From assembly GCA_965261085.1 (NCBI GenBank), contig OZ253442.1, positions 992,001-1,056,000 on the forward strand: a DNA stretch of 64,000 bases, in the 5' to 3' direction. The notes below the pieces were generated by a model that made no database searches, was not told the origin of the DNA, and worked only from the letters and a program-made list of their open reading frames with translations. Positions 59,530 to 64,000 of this stretch are shown one piece after another. How positions within the stretch are numbered: position 1 is the first letter of the stretch; each line of letters opens with the position of its first letter. This DNA is from a bacterium (lineage in GTDB: Bacteria; UBA8248). The position numbers and the translations under genes were made by a program.

Positions 59530-61848
59530 TTATTTGGAAGCGCTTTGTTCGTGAACCGCACGAATGACATCCTCCGGCGCGATAGGCAGCCTGTTGAGGT
59601 TCGAGTTGGCCGGGTCCCCGATGGCGTCTGCGATCGCGTTTACAATCGCGGGCGCCGCCGGAATGAGCGGCATTTCCCCCGCTCCTTTGGCCCCAAAGGG
59701 ACCTTCCACGTCGGGAAATTCCACGATCACGCTTTCGATTTCCGAAACATCCAAACTCGTGGGATTGAGTTGACTCTCGAAATCCGCATGTACGATAACG
59801 CCCCCTACATGGTGGATCTGTTCGGCCAGAGCCCAACCCAGTCCCTGAACGATTCCGCCCTCTATCTGTCCGTTTAAGGTGAGGGGGTTCATGGCGAAAC
59901 CCACATCCTGCGCGCTGGTGATTCTCAGTACCCTGGTTTCTCCCGTTTCGGTGTCGACTTCGACCTCGGCGATTTGGGTGGCAAATTCGGGCCCGGGTCT
60001 GGATGGCTCCGGGTGGCCGCGCACATTGTCCGTACGATGGGGAGGATTCTCCCCGCGGTAAGAACCGCGACCGGTCACGGGACCGTCGCCTTTCCATACG
60101 GCCGAATACGCCACTTCGGCGAACGCGATGGCGCGCGAAGGCGCCGCGCGCATGAATATGTTTCCAGCGCCGATGTCCAGGTCCTCCGGGGAGGATTCGA
60201 GCATGCGCGCCGCTTGGCGAAGCATTTGCTCGCGAGCGTCTTCCGCCGCCATGCGCACCGCGTGCGCCATGTTGTATGTTGTTCGGCTGCCCGCAGTGAT
60301 GGCGTCGAAGGGCGTGGTTTCGGTATCAGCGATGCGGACGCTCACCTTTTGGACCTCGGCTCCGAGAACCTCCGCCGCTACCTGCGCCATCAAGGTGGCC
60401 GCGCCCGTACCCAAATCAGAACATCCGGCGAGCACAGCCAAGCCACCATCCTCGTTGACCTTCACCACGGCGCCCGACGCCCCTCCGCCGGTGGGATAGC
60501 GCGCGCAGCCGATGCCCATCCCGCGCTTGATTCTGCAGTCCTGATTTTCTTTCTTCTGTTGTCCCCAGCCCGCCTTTTCGCCCGCGCGCTCAAGCGTTTC
60601 CTTGATGCTTACGCTCTGGAGAATCGTGCCCGCGGGGTCCTCATCGTTTTCGTCCATCGCGTTGAGTAGGCGAAAGGCGAGCGGGTCCATTCCTAATTCC
60701 GAAGCGACGCGGTCGGTATGCCGCTCGCAGGCGAAAGCGACCTGGGCCACGCCCAGACCCCGGTAGGAACCGCTGGGGGGAAGGTTCGTATATACGAGTA
60801 GGCCATCGACCCTGACATTGGGAATTTTGTATGGTCCCGTACTGGTGTAGCAGGACTTTCCAAGCACCATTGGTCCCGTCATACAATAGGCGCCGTTGTT
60901 CGATGTGATTTGTACGTGGCGAGCGATGATTTTTCCTTCCCGTGTCACGCCTGTGCGATAGCGCATACGGTATGCGTGCCTCGGGTTTCCGGTGATGGTT
61001 TCCTCCTCCCGATTAAGAGTCAGTTGAACGGGCCGGTTCGACTTTCTGCTCAAAAGAACGGCCAAGGCTTCCAGCAGATGTTGGGATTTACCACCGAAAG
61101 CGCCTCCCACATGGGTGCTCACGACACGTAGTTTATTCATGGGAAGTTCGAGTATTTCCGAGGCAATGGCGCGCACCACAAAAGCCGCCTGGGTGGGTGA
61201 GTAGACTATCGTGCTGTCCTCGGGTCCGGGCTCCGCGAGCATGGCGCGGGGTTCGAGATAATTCTGGTGAACGCGCGGCGTTTCGTATTCGTCCTCGAAC
61301 ACGAAGTCGGCACGCGCGAGCGCATCTTCGATGGGATCACCCGATCGAATGAAAATGTCGGTTGCCACGTTTCCGTAGCGGACGATACCCGGAAACGATG
61401 CGTAATCATCCAGGGAGTCATGGAGGAGGGGAGCGTCGTCTCTCAGGGCGTCGTCTGTCGTGAATACGGCGGGGAGCACTTTATAGTCTACATGAATTTT
61501 CTCGAGAGCGGCTTGAGCGGCTTCAGGGGTTTCGGCGGCCACGGCGGCCACGCGCTCGCCGACGTAAAGCACTTTGTCGATGGCGAGCAGCGGTTCATCG
61601 CGCACGAGCCTGCCGTGGCGGAGGCCTGAGAAATCCTCCGCCGTGACGACGGCGTGTACTCCAGGTATTTTCAAAGCGTCGGTGGTGTCGATTTTTTTGA
61701 TTTCGGCATGAGGATGAGGACTCAAGAGCAATTTCGCGGTGAGGCAGCCAGGCCTTCTCAAGTCATCACCAAAATCGGCGAACCCGGCAACCTTCTCTGC
61801 GGAGTCAAGCCTCGGTATGGATTTGCCAAGAACTTGATAGTCAGACAT
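59530..61848 (-). CDS. Xanthine dehydrogenase family molybdopterin-binding subunit
   Basis: GGAFGGK, RH, SYRGLG, GQIEGG, GPFGAKGAGE. Confidence 0.92.
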   Translation of the reverse strand: MSDYQVLGKSIPRLDSAEKVAGFADFGDDLRRPGCLTAKLLLSPHPHAEIKKIDTTDALKIPGVHAVVTAEDFSGLRHGRLVRDEPLLAIDKVLYVGERVAAVAAETPEAAQAALEKIHVDYKVLPAVFTTDDALRDDAPLLHDSLDDYASFPGIVRYGNVATDIFIRSGDPIEDALARADFVFEDEYETPRVHQNYLEPRAMLAEPGPEDSTIVYSPTQAAFVVRAIASEILELPMNKLRVVSTHVGGAFGGKSQHLLEALAVLLSRKSNRPVQLTLNREEETITGNPRHAYRMRYRTGVTREGKIIARHVQITSNNGAYCMTGPMVLGKSCYTSTGPYKIPNVRVDGLLVYTNLPPSGSYRGLGVAQVAFACERHTDRVASELGMDPLAFRLLNAMDENDEDPAGTILQSVSIKETLERAGEKAGWGQQKKENQDCRIKRGMGIGCARYPTGGGASGAVVKVNEDGGLAVLAGCSDLGTGAATLMAQVAAEVLGAEVQKVSVRIADTETTPFDAITAGSRTTYNMAHAVRMAAEDAREQMLRQAARMLESSPEDLDIGAGNIFMRAAPSRAIAFAEVAYSAVWKGDGPVTGRGSYRGENPPHRTDNVRGHPEPSRPGPEFATQIAEVEVDTETGETRVLRITSAQDVGFAMNPLTLNGQIEGGIVQGLGWALAEQIHHVGGVIVHADFESQLNPTSLDVSEIESVIVEFPDVEGPFGAKGAGEMPLIPAAPAIVNAIADAIGDPANSNLNRLPIAPEDVIRAVHEQSASK

Positions 61849-61924
61849 TTACGTCCTCATCATGATGTTCAAGGTAGCATCATTTCATGGCGAATTCCCG
61901 ATCACGAAAGTGGAATGCCTAAGT

Positions 61925-62668
61925 TTATCTTACTTTTAGCTTTTCGAAAAAGGTGCGAATTCGCCTGGCGTTCGCGCCGATGTCACCTACGCCCATACGG
62001 GATTTCGAGCGGATGTCGAGGCGCGTCATCCCGTTATTCGACGTGATCCGGATGACGATGTCGTCGATGAAGCCGTACCAAAAAGTAGTGTCGTAGGCCT
62101 CGATGCGCCCTTCGGTGGGCTTTGATGACACTACATGCCAGCCCATGGCGCGTGCGGCGGCCAAAGCGCGTTTAAAAATTTCCTCTTTTGGATCTCGGGA
62201 AATGAGTGGCTTGATATCCGGATACATTTTTTTCTGGAGCCGAGCGATGCGTATGCCTTCATAAGAGGGCGGGTTTTTCGCCCCTTTTCTGAGCGGGAGA
62301 ACGGTTTGAAAGGCAGGCGGATTCTGGGTGTCTGTCGTGATGTCGTGAATCTTGGGCACCCGTCTCGAGATTTGCATGTGTGCGTGAAGAAAGCCCGCTA
62401 CGGTGAAGCCTAATGCGATGCCGAGGGCGGCGGCCGAAGTCTTGAACTTCGAAGCGTCGCGCAGGGCGAACAGGCCTCCCGCCATGGAGACGGCCACGGA
62501 GATCAACGCGATGATGGATGCGGCCTTGAAAATCCGAAATCCCGCGCTGAAATGCCATAAGTCCCAGCGATGACCCAGCCCTGACGCCACGGCGGCCAGC
62601 GCGCAAGCGCTCGATATGAACAAGCCCAGATAGGAGATGGATGAGAGCGCGTGAGATTTTTTATCCAC
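61925..62668 (-). CDS. DUF1499 domain membrane protein
   Basis: PKIHDITTD, GFIDDIVIR, RSKSRMGVGDIGANARRI. Confidence 0.87.
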   Translation of the reverse strand: MDKKSHALSSISYLGLFISSACALAAVASGLGHRWDLWHFSAGFRIFKAASIIALISVAVSMAGGLFALRDASKFKTSAAALGIALGFTVAGFLHAHMQISRRVPKIHDITTDTQNPPAFQTVLPLRKGAKNPPSYEGIRIARLQKKMYPDIKPLISRDPKEEIFKRALAAARAMGWHVVSSKPTEGRIEAYDTTFWYGFIDDIVIRITSNNGMTRLDIRSKSRMGVGDIGANARRIRTFFEKLKVR

Positions 62669-63260
62669 GAATTTTCTTTTTTAACCTCTGAATGGCCGCT
62701 TTCAGCTCCTTCGGGCCTTTGGGGTTTTGCTCTACGTGCCCATAGGCGTAGTTGATCGAATTAGCGAAGTTTCTGTAAGCCGCCGCCGCGATGATGTCGA
62801 CGATGTTCTCCTCGCTGAAGCCGGCGCGCCTCAGATGCTCGATATCCGTTTTTTTCATTCGATGGGGCGCATGGGTGATCTTCTCCGCATAGGCAAGCAT
62901 GGCGCGGTCCGCGGGGTCAAGGATTGCAGCGCGCTTCGGGTTGTCCAGCACCTCGGCTACTTCAACGATGGAGGCATCATCGCATGCGTCACGGAACAAC
63001 TGCCCGTGGTTCATCGCTCAACCGTATCACCCGCCGTGAGCCGCCACATAAAAGGCGAGCAACTCCGCCCGTCTCGTGCCGAGGCTCGAGCCGTCATGGA
63101 CTGCGTGTCGTAGCGTTTCGCGCCCGGCCAGAACTCCAGGCCTTCTCCCCATTTCAAGAAACATCTTGGGAATCGGTTTCTTCGTCTTGCGCAGGTCCTC
63201 GATGATTTTTTTTGTTGCTCCCTCCGCGGCATCCGGAGAAATAGGTTGAATCCAACTCAT
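62661..63260 (-). CDS. AhpD/CMD-like peroxidase-related selenoprotein with UxxU motif (Sec78, Sec81), 199 aa
   Basis: GGC GGG TGA TAC GGT TGA GCG ATG AAC CAC joins ORFs 63027..63317 and 62661..63014 in one frame; GAGGAG SD before ATG 63260. Confidence 0.82.
62990..63008 (-). promoter_or_regulatory. Candidate bacterial SECIS hairpin
   Basis: CACGG-GCAGTTGTT-CCGTG starts 9 nt after the second TGA; GU in the loop region. Confidence 0.6.
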
Positions 63261-63426
63261 GGCGTCCTCCTCTGATGATGGGGGGAAGAGGTTCTCAATC
63301 ATAGAAGAAATGCGCAAGGGAGGTGTTCCGCATTTTTATGTATCATTCCCATGAATAAGCCAATCCTCATCGGACAAACTCTGATGCGACACATGGCGCC
63401 GCATATGCCACATGGGCCATTCGGCT

Positions 63427-64000
63427 TTACGGGTCCACGCAAACGCACCGAAAACTAAAAAGGAGGTGCTTGGCCTTTGGGTCCCGGCCATGTCGAGCGG
63501 CCGCCCGCGTAATGCCCGGCTGATCGTCCCAAGAACCGCCCCCTTTCATCGTGGCTTTGGATTTAGAAAACGGGGTGGATGTCCATTCAAAGACATTGCC
63601 CGCCATGTCGAGCACGCCAAACGGACTTTTACCTTTGGGGTATGCGCCCACGGGTGTTGTAGACTGCACCTTGTAGCCATAGTTCAGGCGTTCAGGCTCG
63701 AAGGTGTTGCCCCATGGAAAATATCTGGCAACGACGCCACGGGCCGCTTTTTCCCATTCCGCCTCTGTGGGCAGCCGATACCGCGCCGGAGATTTGCCGT
63801 TCCGCCAGGCGCAGTGGGCCTGCGCGTCTGATTGGCTTATGAGCACGACGGGATGATTCGCTAGACCTTTCGGGAATGTCGGCCGACCGTCTTTGTTTTT
63901 CCCCCAAAGATAGCGACGCACGGACTCATAGGAATGAACGAGATAGCCTTGATGTTTATAATTTTCGGGCGAGATGAAAGGAGCGCGGTGGCCGCTCGCC
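63427..64000 (-). CDS. Formylglycine-generating enzyme (SUMF1) family domain protein, 5' end outside the window
   Basis: HPVV, RLPTEAEWEKAARG, DMAGNVFEW, GGSW, FRC. Confidence 0.88.
   Translation of the reverse strand, partial: ASGHRAPFISPENYKHQGYLVHSYESVRRYLWGKNKDGRPTFPKGLANHPVVLISQSDAQAHCAWRNGKSPARYRLPTEAEWEKAARGVVARYFPWGNTFEPERLNYGYKVQSTTPVGAYPKGKSPFGVLDMAGNVFEWTSTPFSKSKATMKGGGSWDDQPGITRAAARHGRDPKAKHLLFSFRCVCVDP

Noticed and set aside
59530-61848. Aerobic CO dehydrogenase CoxL
   Set aside because: Lacks the AYXCSFR motif and has no coxM/coxS neighbours
63427-63560. DGR variable region in the FGE-domain protein
   Set aside because: No template repeat or reverse transcriptase seen in the window
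1-64000. Genome-wide UGA reassignment (genetic code 4 or 25)
   Set aside because: Many complete genes end at TGA; the in-frame TGAs I found are only at redox Cys positions

Overview
GC-rich bacterial chromosomal window. The backbone is core and catabolic genes: tRNA-Ser(GGA), znuA/zur/znuCB with a Zur box, a PPi-type pfk, two TctABC transporters, a NitT/TauT ABC transporter, M20 peptidases, fhs, serS, a pentaheme cytochrome c and a Mo-hydroxylase large subunit. Lower-GC accessory modules are interspersed: an IS1595 remnant carrying a Panacea TA pair, a TIGR04255-led three-gene module, two ABC-ATPase/TOPRIM-like pairs, an FRG-TPR protein, a Fic gene and an intact IS1182-like element. The main signals missed by the ORF track are: (1) two split AhpD/CMD-family genes whose in-frame TGA codons sit at the redox CxxC positions, one CxxU and one rare UxxU, each followed by a SECIS-like hairpin; (2) three nested MITEs that share terminal repeats with the IS1182-like element and carry REP-like palindromes; (3) a small transcript with promoter, perfect Shine-Dalgarno, 12-codon ORF and terminator upstream of ytoQ; (4) a tandem operator and probable leaderless start at the Fic gene. 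Family assignments come from motif recognition only; no database searches were run.
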